A stretch of 64,000 bases of DNA from positions 864,001 to 928,000 of the forward strand of contig CAVXWP010000001.1 of assembly GCA_963765495.1 (NCBI GenBank). The letters are read 5' to 3'. The notes beneath the pieces are model-generated. The model ran no database searches and had not been told where the DNA came from. It saw nothing but the letters and a program-made list of their open reading frames with translations. A program made the translations under genes and the position numbers. Position 1 is the stretch's first letter. The number at the start of each line of letters is the position of its first letter. The stretch is from Blastocatellia bacterium. Lineage in GTDB: Bacteria; Acidobacteriota; Blastocatellia; UBA7656. Below are positions 27,579 to 37,231 of this stretch, one piece after another.

Positions 27579-29476
27579 TGTGCGGCAATTGTAGGGGCGG
27601 GGCTTGTCCCTGCCCGGATCGCCCGAAGGGCGATGACTGCCATCGCGTTAAGGCGCGACCCGAGCAGGGACAAGCCCGCGCCGCGCGAAAGGGCATATTG
27701 CGCCACTCATCCCTGCGCTCAATCGGAATCTGGTTTATTGTCGGCCTGCTTCTTCTCAGCCTACTTCTTCTCGGCTCGTCTGTCGCAGAGGGACAGCGAA
27801 AGGCTTCCGTTACTGCCGAACAGCATTACAATAAGGCTCTCACACTGCTCGAAAAACAAGAGACCGATCCTGCCATCGCGGAATTGAAGGCGGCCATAAG
27901 GCTCAAGCCCCGATACGCCGACGCCCATAATGTTCTCGGGCTTGCGCTTGCGCGTAAGGGAGACATCCCCGGTGCTATTCAATCTTTTCGCAAGGCGATT
28001 GCGCTCGACCCATCCCAGTACAAAGCCCATCGCAACCTCGGCATAGCGCTTCAACAATCCTCTGATCTTGACGGCGCGATTGCGGCCTTCAAGAAATCGC
28101 TTTCGCTCAAGCCGGATGATGCCGAAACGCGCATGCTGCTCGCCCTGGCCCTGCATCAGAAAGGCGATGTCGAGGGCGCGATAAATGAATACCGCGAATC
28201 GGCCCGATTGAAGCCCGATCTTGCAGAGCCGCATTTCTATCTGGGTTATCTGCTCGCCGCAAAGGGGGAGCTGAAAGACGCGGTCTCGGAATTTGAAGAG
28301 GCCATAAAACTCAGACCCGATTACGCCGAGGCATACTATTACCTGGGGACGGCCCTGTGGTTTTCAAACGATGTGGAGGGCGCAATCAAGGCGCTAAAGA
28401 CATCGACTCGTTTGATGCCCAATCACGCCGATTCTCATTACTATCTCGGACAGGCGCTCAAGAAAGAGGGCGATCTCGACTCGGCCATAAACGAGTTTAC
28501 AACCGCCGCCCGCCTGTCTCCTGATATGGCCGAGCCTCGACACGCCATGGGGCAGGCGCTCGAAGAAAACGAAGACCTGGATGGAGCCATCGAAGCGTTT
28601 CGGATGGTGATAAAGCTGAAGCCCGATTTCATCCAGGCCTACAACGATCTTGGTCTGGTGTATGTGAGAAAACGCGACCCCGACGCGGCTATCGAGGCGT
28701 TCAACGGGGCCTTGAAACTCGACCCAAACAACATCGTAGCGCATCACAATCTGGGAATGGCCTTTATTCAAAAGAGCGATTACGCGGCCGCCATAGCCGA
28801 GTATCAAAAGTTGATCGCGCTAGTTCCCGACAATGCCGAGGCGCATTACAACCTGGGCCTCGCCTATAAGAATAAGGACGATTTCGATCAGGCCGTGGCC
28901 GAATTGACGAAGGCCGCAACCCTGCAACCCTCTTTGCGCGAGGCTCACTACACGCTCGGCGTTATCTACTTGCAGCAGTCGAAGCTAAACGAGGCCGCGA
29001 CCGCCTTCCGCGCCGCCATAACGGCGAAACCCGATTACGCGGAAGCCCACTATGCGCTTGGCACGGTCTTGCAGCAGCAATCGGATCTCGACGGCGCTAT
29101 AGCGGCATTTCGCGAGGCGATGCGATATTCGCCCAACGCTCCCGAGATTCACAACACGCTAGGGACGGCCCTGCGCCAGAAAGGCGATATGGAAGCGGCG
29201 CGGGCGGAGTTTCAAGAGGCCGCCCGGCTCAATAAATTAAAGTCGGACATGCAGGCCGCGATGTTTGCGTTCAATACGGGGATGGCGCGTCTGAAGGCTG
29301 GCGATCTCGACGCCGCAATCGAAAGGTTTGAGGCCGCAATAAAACTGACTCCCGATAGCGCCGAGGCTCATTATAATCTGGCCCGCGCGCTAAAGCAGAA
29401 AGGCCGGGTTGAGGCCGCGCGCGTGGAGTATGAAAAGGCTAAGGGACTCGACCCGCGCTTGAAGCCGATTGAATAG
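27578..29476 (+). CDS. Large exported TPR protein (start at ATG 27578 or TTG 27698)
   Basis: Hydrophobic leader WFIVGLLLLSLLLLG; about 15 TPRs of AEAHYNLG type. Confidence 0.88.
   Translation: MCGNCRGGACPCPDRPKGDDCHRVKARPEQGQARAARKGILRHSSLRSIGIWFIVGLLLLSLLLLGSSVAEGQRKASVTAEQHYNKALTLLEKQETDPAIAELKAAIRLKPRYADAHNVLGLALARKGDIPGAIQSFRKAIALDPSQYKAHRNLGIALQQSSDLDGAIAAFKKSLSLKPDDAETRMLLALALHQKGDVEGAINEYRESARLKPDLAEPHFYLGYLLAAKGELKDAVSEFEEAIKLRPDYAEAYYYLGTALWFSNDVEGAIKALKTSTRLMPNHADSHYYLGQALKKEGDLDSAINEFTTAARLSPDMAEPRHAMGQALEENEDLDGAIEAFRMVIKLKPDFIQAYNDLGLVYVRKRDPDAAIEAFNGALKLDPNNIVAHHNLGMAFIQKSDYAAAIAEYQKLIALVPDNAEAHYNLGLAYKNKDDFDQAVAELTKAATLQPSLREAHYTLGVIYLQQSKLNEAATAFRAAITAKPDYAEAHYALGTVLQQQSDLDGAIAAFREAMRYSPNAPEIHNTLGTALRQKGDMEAARAEFQEAARLNKLKSDMQAAMFAFNTGMARLKAGDLDAAIERFEAAIKLTPDSAEAHYNLARALKQKGRVEAARVEYEKAKGLDPRLKPIE
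27591..27682. repeat. GTAG-type REP doublet (REPIN-like), right copy degenerate
   Basis: gtaggggcggggcttgtccctgcccgg ... ccgagcagggacaagcccgcgcc, with internal hairpins. Confidence 0.7.
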
Positions 29477-29515
29477 TTTGGCCACGAATTCTCACAAATC
29501 ATTTCTCAGGAAATT

Positions 29516-29584
29516 CTTTGCGTACTTCGCGTCTTTGCGCCTTTGCGAGCGACAGGTTCTCGCAAAGGCGCGAAGTACGCAGAG
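29516..29584. repeat. Octamer-based inverted repeat between convergent genes (bidirectional terminator candidate)
   Basis: ctttgcgtacttcgcgtctttgcgcctttgcgag ... ctcgcaaaggcgcgaagtacgcagag. Confidence 0.75.
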
Positions 29585-29663
29585 TCTTTTATCTGGCAAT
29601 CAACGGTTTCCTGCGGTGAAGGCGGAGGCGGTTCCCACCCTTTCATATTCGATCAACGAATCG

Positions 29664-30470
29664 TCATTTGATCTTCTTTAGCAGATTCTTCCATCTGACC
29701 CACGCTTCGTCGTGCGCCTTCTTGTTTCCCTCGACCGTGTTTGAAGGGTCTTCACCCGCGCGCATGAACCCGTGGCCCGCTCCGTCATAAGTGACCGGCT
29801 CGTATGTCTTGCCGGCCTCTTTCATCATCTCTGAGGTCTTGGCTACCGTAGAGGTTACGCGAGCATCATTGCCGCCATAGAAACCATAGACCGGGGCTTT
29901 TATCCTCTTGAGATCATCCACAGACCCCGGCCCCGTGCCGTAAAAGACAAAGGCCGCGGAGAGTGCCGGGCGGTTGGTCGCAAAACGGAAGGATTGACCT
30001 CCCCCCCAGCAAAAGCCCGCCACGGCGACCTTGCCGTTAGCGGAGGGGAGCTTGGCTACATAATCTGCCACCGCCTTCAAATCGGCGGTGACCTGGTCGG
30101 GGGGCAGCTTGCCTACTGCCTGCGTGACCGAATTGCGATCAGTGAAGGCGCTGGAACCGCCTCCGTCGGGCCCCATGCCGGAAAGCAGATCGGGAGCTAT
30201 GGCGATGTAGCCCGCTTCGGCCAGCTGGTCGCAAACGGTTTCGACCCATTCGGTCATTCCAAAGATTTCGTGAATCACTACGACGGCCGTCGCCTTATTC
30301 TTCACCTCCGGGTAGACGATGAAAGAATTAACAGCCCTGTTTCCATTCTTGACCTGTACCCATTCCTGATGGCGTGGCGATTTCTCAAGACGCTGCTTCG
30401 CCCAGTCCTGCGCTGACGCGGGTGCGATCACTAAGAGCGTCAGTGTAATAATGAAAAAAGCTTTCTTCAT
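29664..30470 (-). CDS. Secreted dienelactone hydrolase family protein
   Basis: ATG 30470 after ggaggag; signal peptide; VIHEIFG, GFCWGG nucleophile, GAGHGF. Confidence 0.9.
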   Translation of the reverse strand: MKKAFFIITLTLLVIAPASAQDWAKQRLEKSPRHQEWVQVKNGNRAVNSFIVYPEVKNKATAVVVIHEIFGMTEWVETVCDQLAEAGYIAIAPDLLSGMGPDGGGSSAFTDRNSVTQAVGKLPPDQVTADLKAVADYVAKLPSANGKVAVAGFCWGGGQSFRFATNRPALSAAFVFYGTGPGSVDDLKRIKAPVYGFYGGNDARVTSTVAKTSEMMKEAGKTYEPVTYDGAGHGFMRAGEDPSNTVEGNKKAHDEAWVRWKNLLKKIK

Positions 30471-30616
30471 TTCTCCTCCGTTTTTCGTCCACAACATCCG
30501 GTTCGGCTAATATTAATACTTCGAAAGTGATAATGATACTGCGTCAGAGGGCGGGAATAAACCCTTTAACCGCCGAATCGGAGCCGATGTTTCTTTGAGG
30601 CGGGAAGAGGTTTTAA

Positions 30617-31678
30617 TCAGTGTTTATTGCGCAACTCCTTTATAGTTGAGCGCAGGCGGTCGGCGTCGGGCGCTTGAGGCGACAGCTTCAAGTAGGTTTC
30701 CAGTTCGTCTGCGGCCCGACCATACTCTCTCTTGCCCCAGTAGATTCCCCCGAGATAATAATGGGCCATACTCACATCATCTCGCCCGGACTTAACCGCC
30801 TTTTGAAGCTCGTTTTCGCTTTCGTCCAACCGGCGCAGCCTCATCAGCGACACGCCCAGATACAGATGCGCCAGCGCGGATGCGTCATTCTTCTTTACCG
30901 CTTCCCGGCACTGTTTTTCGGCTTCGGCAAATTCCTTTTTCTGGATCAATGCTATTCCATAATTGAGTCGTCCAATATAGTTTTCCGGCTCGAACTTGAC
31001 CGCCTGTTTAAGCGTCTCAACAGCGTTGTCGACCTGATTGAGCTTCAGGTATTGCACGCCGAGTTCGTTTAATGCCTGTGGGAATTCCGGATAAATCGCA
31101 ATCGCGCTCTTCAGATTCTCGACCGCCGCCGCAGAGTCGTTCTTTCTTGATGCTTCAATCCCTTTTTCATAAAGCTCAAGGGCGGGTTTCGGCACTTTTG
31201 CAAGCGAAGCGTCAACTGTGCCCGTCTTCATCTCGGAACCGCTTGCCGTGCCCTTTCGCCGAAGGTAGATCGGAACCGTCAAAATGCGCGGTGAGCTTAT
31301 TGTGACAAACCCCTGTCTATCTATCGTGATAGGTTCTCTGTACGGCTCATAGTCTTTGTCTCCATCAATGATGATGGTGTAGTTGCCCGCCTGTAGACCG
31401 CTGAACCTGAACGAACCGTTCACATCGCTTATAGTGCTGAGATTGGCCATGTCCATGCTTTCAAGCCTCACCTTTATCCGAACCTCTCCGGCCGGGCCTG
31501 TGGGCAGATAGATACGACCTTGAATCGTATTGTTCCCGCCTGTCCCCGTTGTATCGATTCCGCCGCCGCTTTGAGCCCTGCCTGCCGAACAAAGAAGCAG
31601 AAGCATCAGCGAAGAGATCAGGATTTTAAGCCGGGAACCAGTCTTTTTCTGAGCCATTATGCCGAAACAGGAATGCAT
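30617..31678 (-). CDS. Secreted carboxypeptidase-regulatory-like domain + TPR protein
   Basis: ATG 31678 after aaggagg; signal peptide; IQGRI...SDVNGSFRFSGLQAGNYTI; TPRs. Confidence 0.85.
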   Translation of the reverse strand: MHSCFGIMAQKKTGSRLKILISSLMLLLLCSAGRAQSGGGIDTTGTGGNNTIQGRIYLPTGPAGEVRIKVRLESMDMANLSTISDVNGSFRFSGLQAGNYTIIIDGDKDYEPYREPITIDRQGFVTISSPRILTVPIYLRRKGTASGSEMKTGTVDASLAKVPKPALELYEKGIEASRKNDSAAAVENLKSAIAIYPEFPQALNELGVQYLKLNQVDNAVETLKQAVKFEPENYIGRLNYGIALIQKKEFAEAEKQCREAVKKNDASALAHLYLGVSLMRLRRLDESENELQKAVKSGRDDVSMAHYYLGGIYWGKREYGRAADELETYLKLSPQAPDADRLRSTIKELRNKH

Positions 31679-31777
31679 ATGAGCGCCTCCTTTCAAAGCT
31701 TATTTGTATAGAGCGAGTTTATCGAGAAAACCTGATGTAGAGTCTAACTTTATCAGAATGATCGGGCAAAACAAAAA

Positions 31778-31849
31778 TGAGAGAAGCGCTTTTTAAAAGA
31801 GCGCTTCTCTCAAAGACTTCTCAGACGCGCTTTGAAGCGCGTCTGAGAA
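31778..31849 (-). terminator. Two tandem hairpins downstream of the TonB-dependent receptor
   Basis: tgagagaagcgct...agcgcttctctca (31778-31812) and ttctcagacgcgctt-tg-aagcgcgtctgagaa (31818-31849). Confidence 0.7.
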
Positions 31850-31857
31850 AGGTTGAC

Positions 31858-34800
31858 TTAGAATTGGAACTTAACTCCCAGGCGAAGTGAGGATGGGAAC
31901 TGGAAGATGGTTCCGGTTCCATAAAATGGATTCGGAACATTCGGCTCGCCCGAAGCGCCGGTCGTAATCTCGAATGTTTCATCGACTCTGATTGCGCGCT
32001 GTGTGTTGAACACATTGAACCAGTCGAGCTGGAGCTTCAACTGCTTGCTCTCAGACAACTTGATCGGGTAGTACGCGCCGAGGTCGAGCGAGGTCGTCGT
32101 CGGAGTGCGTCCGGCTGAGCCTCGCGGAACGGCGAATCCTTCATTGTTGCCGTAGACCGGATGCGGTATCAACTCGTTGATCGGAATCCCCGATTGCGCG
32201 CGGAACGATGCGCTCAGCAAGAGAGCAATCGGCGTACGGTAACTGCCGTCGAACTTGAACTGATGCGGGCGGTCATTGGGCAACCGTCCGTAGGTGTTGT
32301 TAAGCAGGCTGACGAGATCGAACAGCGAGGTGATATTCGGGTCGGATTGCCCGTTGTCGTTACGGAACAACCCTTCGTAGTTGCCGATCAGGCTTGAGTA
32401 GGTGTAAGAAGCGATGAACTGATAGTTATCGCGGAAGTTCTTTTGCGCATTGATGACGAGCGCGCGATAGTAGCGGCGGGCGCGGCCAAAGCATCCCACA
32501 TCGGGGTTGGCGCAGGCCAATCGCTCAGTTTCGCTTTCGCCCGGATTGAACAGGAAGTAATTGTTGCCGTCATCGAACGAACCGTCTTCGATAACGTGAC
32601 CCTGTGCGCGGTAGATTCCTCGAACGCCGAGCACCAGGTCTTTCATCACTCCATATTCGAGTCCGACGGTCGCTTCGTGCACTGTCTGCGGTTTGATGTC
32701 GAAATCTATCGGTGTTGCGGAAGCGCCAAGATTTACGCCGCCAATGGTCGGATCAGCGCTGATTCCCGGAATGACGGTCGCATTCGAAGGAGCGTTGAGC
32801 CGGTTTACGTTGAAGTTCTTGTCGGTCTGGCTGTCGCCGCCGCCTGCTCGCACGTTGATGTCGAGCGGAATGGGCGTTTCGACGTAGTAGGCGTAGTTTG
32901 CAAAGAGCTTGCTTCGCCCGTCGCCGAGGAAGTCCCAGCTAAAGCCGACGCGTGGCTGCATGTTGTACCAGAATTTGTCGAGCTTCAGATACGCGTCGCC
33001 ATCGGCGTTATAGGCTTGCTGGAAGTCCCAGCGCAGTCCGCCGATGAGCAGGAAGTTTGGTGTTACCTTCCAATCATCCTGAACATAGAAGCTCTCGGTG
33101 TTGGAGTGTGTGTCGGCATTGAGCTTGAAATCACGAACACGCACGGAACTCAAAACCAGGAAAGGATTGTGCAGCGCCTCCTCAGGCGTGATCGATCCCT
33201 GTACGGCTCCGGCAAACCCTGCCTGTGCCGCAATCAGATTTGCCCGACCCACCGCAGTTGCGCTCGGGCAGACGATCTGGTTGCCGCGCGTAGTGCAGAC
33301 GAGGAATCGGTTGCTGATGCGAACGCCGTTTGTCTGGTTGACATCCGAACCGTTGATGAAGTCCAGCCCCAGCGGGTTCCCGTAGGTATTCGCGGCGCCG
33401 GTTGAGGTCGTGCCGATGTTATATGTGTTACGACCGTATTCAAAGCCGTACTTGATTGTGTGCGGACCGAAATTATTTGCGAGCTTTGCAGCAAATTCAT
33501 AACGGTTGCGGTCTTGATTTCCAAAGAGGCCGAAGCCCTGATCTACGAAATTGCGATCAAGTGTGCCTCCTCCGCCCGGTGCCCTTACATACGAGACTAA
33601 GAGCCCCAGGCTGGTCTGCGCATTGGTTTGCGTAGGAGTGATGACCTGACCATTCTTTACGATGTTAAACGTATCGGCGACAAGCGGTATATCCGCCACG
33701 TCGGCGCTCGGAATGGTGTTGAACCTCTGGAAATGGAGACCGAATGAAAATTCGCCGATCATATTCGGCGTAAAGCTCGAATTGAGGCGAAAAGCGTAGT
33801 TATGGCCGCCTCTTTCAATCGTTCCATCGAAGCTGTTGACGTTAGCGCCAAACCCCGAGCCGCCAAACAGGAACCCTTCTTCCTTGTTGAAATCACCAAA
33901 GGTCGAAAAGGTGAAGGTGTGATTCTGGCTGATCGAGTAGGTGAGTTTGCCCGCGTAAAACGGCGTAGTCACCTTGTTTTCAACTTCGTCGCGGAAGGTC
34001 TGTGTAAGGAAGAAATTCTTGCGACGCTGGGGATTGAACGCGCCAAAGAACCAGAGACGGTCTTTGATGATCGGGCCGCCAACGTCCACGCCTGCGTCTA
34101 CTTCCGAAAAACCGTCAGGAGCAGAGCCTGTGAACGGGAAATTCTTGGTGTCTCGAACGAAGCTCTTCGCGGAGAAATAAGCAAACGCATCGCCGTGGAA
34201 CTCATTGCCGCCGCTCTTGGTGATGACGTTAAAGATTCCACCGGTCGCCTTGCCGTACTCAGCGCCAAACGCGCCGGTCTTGATCTCGACTTCCTGCACG
34301 AATTCAAACGGCAGGTTCGCTCCCGAACCGCCAAAGGCCGGGTCGGTCGTGTTGACCCCATCGAGGATGTAGTTGTTTTCGGGACCGGAAGCGCCGCCAA
34401 CCGACGGATCACGGTCGCGACCCGAAGAATCGCGCAGCCCTGAGCGCGCAACTGTCGGTGCTATTGTGTATAGCGACTGGACCGTGCGTTGTGTCGGGAA
34501 GTTTGAAAACTGCTCGGTGGAAACGTTCGTCCCGGTAGTGTTGCTGGTCGCGTCGATAACATCACCAGCCGTAGCCGTGACCGTCACGCTTTCAGCAGAG
34601 CCTTCCGGGCGAAGAGTTATCTCAACCGTAGAAGTTTTTGACAGATTCACTTCCACGTCCGTACGCTCGAACCGGGCAAATCCCTGTGCCGCTTCGATTG
34701 CAACGCTATATCTTCCTGGAGGGAGATTCGCTATTCTGTAGCTACCATCACTGTTGGTCGTAGCCGATTGAGAGCGAATAAGGTTTGGACTTGTAACTAC

Positions 34801-34953
34801 TACCACTGCTCCCGGCACAACCGCGCCGTTAGCATCGGTTACGGTGCCTTCTATGGTGCCCGTCGTTGACGTTTGCGCAAATGCACTCATCCCGGGGAGC
34901 GCAATGAACAAAGCCAGCATCACGGCGAACACTCTGACAGAGTACTTCTTCAT
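31858..34953 (-). CDS. TonB-dependent receptor (Oar-like, N-terminal carboxypeptidase-regulatory-like domain)
   Basis: GTIEGTVTDANGAVVPGA; NNYILDG; AEYGKATGGIFNVITKSGGNEFHG; C-terminal LGVKFQF. Confidence 0.93.
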   Translation of the reverse strand: MKKYSVRVFAVMLALFIALPGMSAFAQTSTTGTIEGTVTDANGAVVPGAVVVVTSPNLIRSQSATTNSDGSYRIANLPPGRYSVAIEAAQGFARFERTDVEVNLSKTSTVEITLRPEGSAESVTVTATAGDVIDATSNTTGTNVSTEQFSNFPTQRTVQSLYTIAPTVARSGLRDSSGRDRDPSVGGASGPENNYILDGVNTTDPAFGGSGANLPFEFVQEVEIKTGAFGAEYGKATGGIFNVITKSGGNEFHGDAFAYFSAKSFVRDTKNFPFTGSAPDGFSEVDAGVDVGGPIIKDRLWFFGAFNPQRRKNFFLTQTFRDEVENKVTTPFYAGKLTYSISQNHTFTFSTFGDFNKEEGFLFGGSGFGANVNSFDGTIERGGHNYAFRLNSSFTPNMIGEFSFGLHFQRFNTIPSADVADIPLVADTFNIVKNGQVITPTQTNAQTSLGLLVSYVRAPGGGGTLDRNFVDQGFGLFGNQDRNRYEFAAKLANNFGPHTIKYGFEYGRNTYNIGTTSTGAANTYGNPLGLDFINGSDVNQTNGVRISNRFLVCTTRGNQIVCPSATAVGRANLIAAQAGFAGAVQGSITPEEALHNPFLVLSSVRVRDFKLNADTHSNTESFYVQDDWKVTPNFLLIGGLRWDFQQAYNADGDAYLKLDKFWYNMQPRVGFSWDFLGDGRSKLFANYAYYVETPIPLDINVRAGGGDSQTDKNFNVNRLNAPSNATVIPGISADPTIGGVNLGASATPIDFDIKPQTVHEATVGLEYGVMKDLVLGVRGIYRAQGHVIEDGSFDDGNNYFLFNPGESETERLACANPDVGCFGRARRYYRALVINAQKNFRDNYQFIASYTYSSLIGNYEGLFRNDNGQSDPNITSLFDLVSLLNNTYGRLPNDRPHQFKFDGSYRTPIALLLSASFRAQSGIPINELIPHPVYGNNEGFAVPRGSAGRTPTTTSLDLGAYYPIKLSESKQLKLQLDWFNVFNTQRAIRVDETFEITTGASGEPNVPNPFYGTGTIFQFPSSLRLGVKFQF

Positions 34954-35077
34954 CTAGAGTTCTCCTATATTTGGTTAATTGATCCTTCTACTTTGAGATT
35001 CCCACACGGTTGGAATCTTATTCCTCACAATGATTGTGAGACATGGAAATCATCTGAATCCACTATGTTAAATACTT

Positions 35078-35093
35078 TGCAAGCACCAGTCCA
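35078..35093 (-). promoter_or_regulatory. Candidate sigma-54 promoter for the TonB receptor
   Basis: TGGACTGGTGCTTGCA, GG-N10-GC spacing, about 125 bp upstream of the ATG. Confidence 0.5.
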
Positions 35094-35210
35094 TTGATTG
35101 GCACAATGTATGAATGGGGGTCTGTAAACCGCTGTAAACGCAAGGGTAAGCCTGCTGCGGCAAAAGGAAGAGAAGCTACGAAACGCTCAAGAAACAAAAT
35201 GAGAAAATAG

Positions 35211-35237
35211 GAAATTATGGATAATATCCATAATTTC
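35211..35237. promoter_or_regulatory. Perfect AT-rich 13-bp palindrome, candidate operator/UAS
   Basis: gaaattatggata-a-tatccataatttc. Confidence 0.55.
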
Positions 35238-35388
35238 GGAGATCAATATTAGATTCAATTTTTTGAATCTGCCGAACTCGAATTCATGAATCTTTGTTCC
35301 GGCAGATGGATAGCCCTTTGGCGCGGCAAGGGTGGAAAGTCGAGCCGTCCAGTTTCATTTGTTTCCAGGTTTTGACCTGGAGGCGCAT

Positions 35389-37209
35389 CTACTTCCTGCC
35401 TGTTGAATCCCTCCGCCCGGCGCCTTCTTTTATAGTCACGATCTGGTTGGCCGCGATGTCTTTTATAGTCTCTTTCTCCCCGTTCGGCCAGCGTATCTCT
35501 ATCTGATCGGCCTGCTTGTTTACGCCCAGACCGAAATGCAGCCGCAGGTCGTTGTGCGAATAATAACTCGACTGGCTCGTGACTTCCTGAGTCGCGATGC
35601 CCGTTTGGGTCTTCAATACGACGCGAGCGCCTATGGCCGAACGGTTCGATTTCGTGCCAACAAGCTTCAGCTTGAGCCAGTTGTTTGCCGCGCGGCTCTT
35701 TGAGCTTATTAAGTCGTTGCGCAGCAGCGACGGCGGCTCGTTCATATTCATAATCAGAACGTCTATGTCACCGTCGTTATCGAAATCACCAAAGGCGCAA
35801 CCCCGGCTCGAATGCGGGGTGGTCACTCCCGGTCCGCTTTGGGCCGAAACGTCTTTGAAGCGTCCATTGCCCAGATTTTGATAGACAAGGCGCGGGCTTT
35901 CGTGCGGGTATTCTTTGAATAATTTTTCAACCTCTGGATAGACGTTCCCCGTGACGGTCAGGATGTCGGGCCATCCGTCGTTGTCGAGGTCCACCATCCC
36001 CGTCCCCCATTGAATGTAGCGCGTGTGGTCGAACCCGGCGGCCCTGGATGCGTCTTCGAAAAAGCCGCGCTCGTTGTTTTTGTACAGCACCGGCAGATCG
36101 TCGGCAAAATGCGTCTTGAATATATCGGGGCGTCCGTCACCGTTGTAATCGCCTACGGTTACACCCATGCCTGCCTGCGGCTGTCCGTCTTCGTTATAGG
36201 CCGCGCCCGTCTCAAGCGCCACGTCGCTGAAGGTGTTGTCCCGGTTGTTGCGATAAAGAATGCTTGCCGTCGAATCACAGGCCACATAGATGTCGGGCCA
36301 CCCGTCGTCGTTATAATCGGTCACGATGGCCGTCATCGAATAATGATTCTTCACCTTGCCGACGCCCGAGGCGTCCGTCACATCGACGAATGTGCCGGAG
36401 CCTGTGTTGTGATACAAAAGATTCGTATCGGTCGGCAGTCCTTTGGGCCCGCAATTGACCGGCACGCCTTTCCAGAGACAATTAGGGCCTTTGCCCGGCT
36501 CAGGCACCTTATCAGGGTCGAAGATCAAATAATTCGCCACGAACAGATCGAGTTTGCCGTCGCGGTCATAATCAATAAACGTGCAGCCCGACCCCCATCG
36601 CGTCCCTTTTGTCGAAAGCCCGGCCTTCGATGTGACATCGGTGAATTTGCCGTTGCCGTCATTGTGATAAAGCGCATTCTGCCCCCAGTAGGTTATAAAC
36701 AAATCGTCGTATCCGTCATTGTCGTAATCGCCCGCGCAGACTGCCGATGCCCATCCGGTTCGAGCGAGCCCCGATTGCGCGGTCACGTCTTTGAAAGTGC
36801 CGTCGCGGTTGTTTCGATACAGGCGGTTGGTAGGAGGGCTGCCTTTTGGAAAGCCTTCGAGGCGGGTTCCCGCGAGCAGGAAAATATCCATCCAACCGTC
36901 GTTGTCATAATCCGTAAAGGCTACGCCGCAGCCGTTTGTCTCGATGATATATTTCTTTTTATCGACGCCGCCGTATATGATCGGCTCGACAAGACCCGCG
37001 CTCGCCGCTACGTCTGTGAGCGTGACCGCAAAATCGCCCGCGCTCTTTTCACTCTCTCGCTTTTCACCCTCTCGCGTTTGAGCCGTGTTGCGGGCGGAAG
37101 CAATCGAGTTTAAGGGGATAGCGGTTAAGGCCAGCGCGCCTGCCAGCAGGGATATGGTAAGCATGCGAATGGGTGTGAAGGAGAGTCCCTGTTTTATTGC
37201 TGACGGCAC
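35389..37209 (-). CDS. CRTAC1-family secreted protein, paralog 2 (start GTG 37209 or ATG 37164)
   Basis: Signal peptide MLTISLLAGALALTA; KYIIETNGCG; DYDNDG repeats; SYYSHNDLRLHFGLG...WPNG. Confidence 0.9.
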   Translation of the reverse strand: MPSAIKQGLSFTPIRMLTISLLAGALALTAIPLNSIASARNTAQTREGEKRESEKSAGDFAVTLTDVAASAGLVEPIIYGGVDKKKYIIETNGCGVAFTDYDNDGWMDIFLLAGTRLEGFPKGSPPTNRLYRNNRDGTFKDVTAQSGLARTGWASAVCAGDYDNDGYDDLFITYWGQNALYHNDGNGKFTDVTSKAGLSTKGTRWGSGCTFIDYDRDGKLDLFVANYLIFDPDKVPEPGKGPNCLWKGVPVNCGPKGLPTDTNLLYHNTGSGTFVDVTDASGVGKVKNHYSMTAIVTDYNDDGWPDIYVACDSTASILYRNNRDNTFSDVALETGAAYNEDGQPQAGMGVTVGDYNGDGRPDIFKTHFADDLPVLYKNNERGFFEDASRAAGFDHTRYIQWGTGMVDLDNDGWPDILTVTGNVYPEVEKLFKEYPHESPRLVYQNLGNGRFKDVSAQSGPGVTTPHSSRGCAFGDFDNDGDIDVLIMNMNEPPSLLRNDLISSKSRAANNWLKLKLVGTKSNRSAIGARVVLKTQTGIATQEVTSQSSYYSHNDLRLHFGLGVNKQADQIEIRWPNGEKETIKDIAANQIVTIKEGAGRRDSTGRK

Positions 37210-37231
37210 TTGAAAACCTGTTTTTGAAGAC

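Noticed and set aside
29469-29681. 70-aa ORF after the TPR gene (likewise 62741-62995)
   Set aside because: Reads through short-repeat palindromes in convergent gaps; translation is repeat-derived
35098-35115. Plus-strand TTGGCAC as a sigma-54 promoter
   Set aside because: The -12 position reads GA rather than GC and no credible plus-strand gene follows
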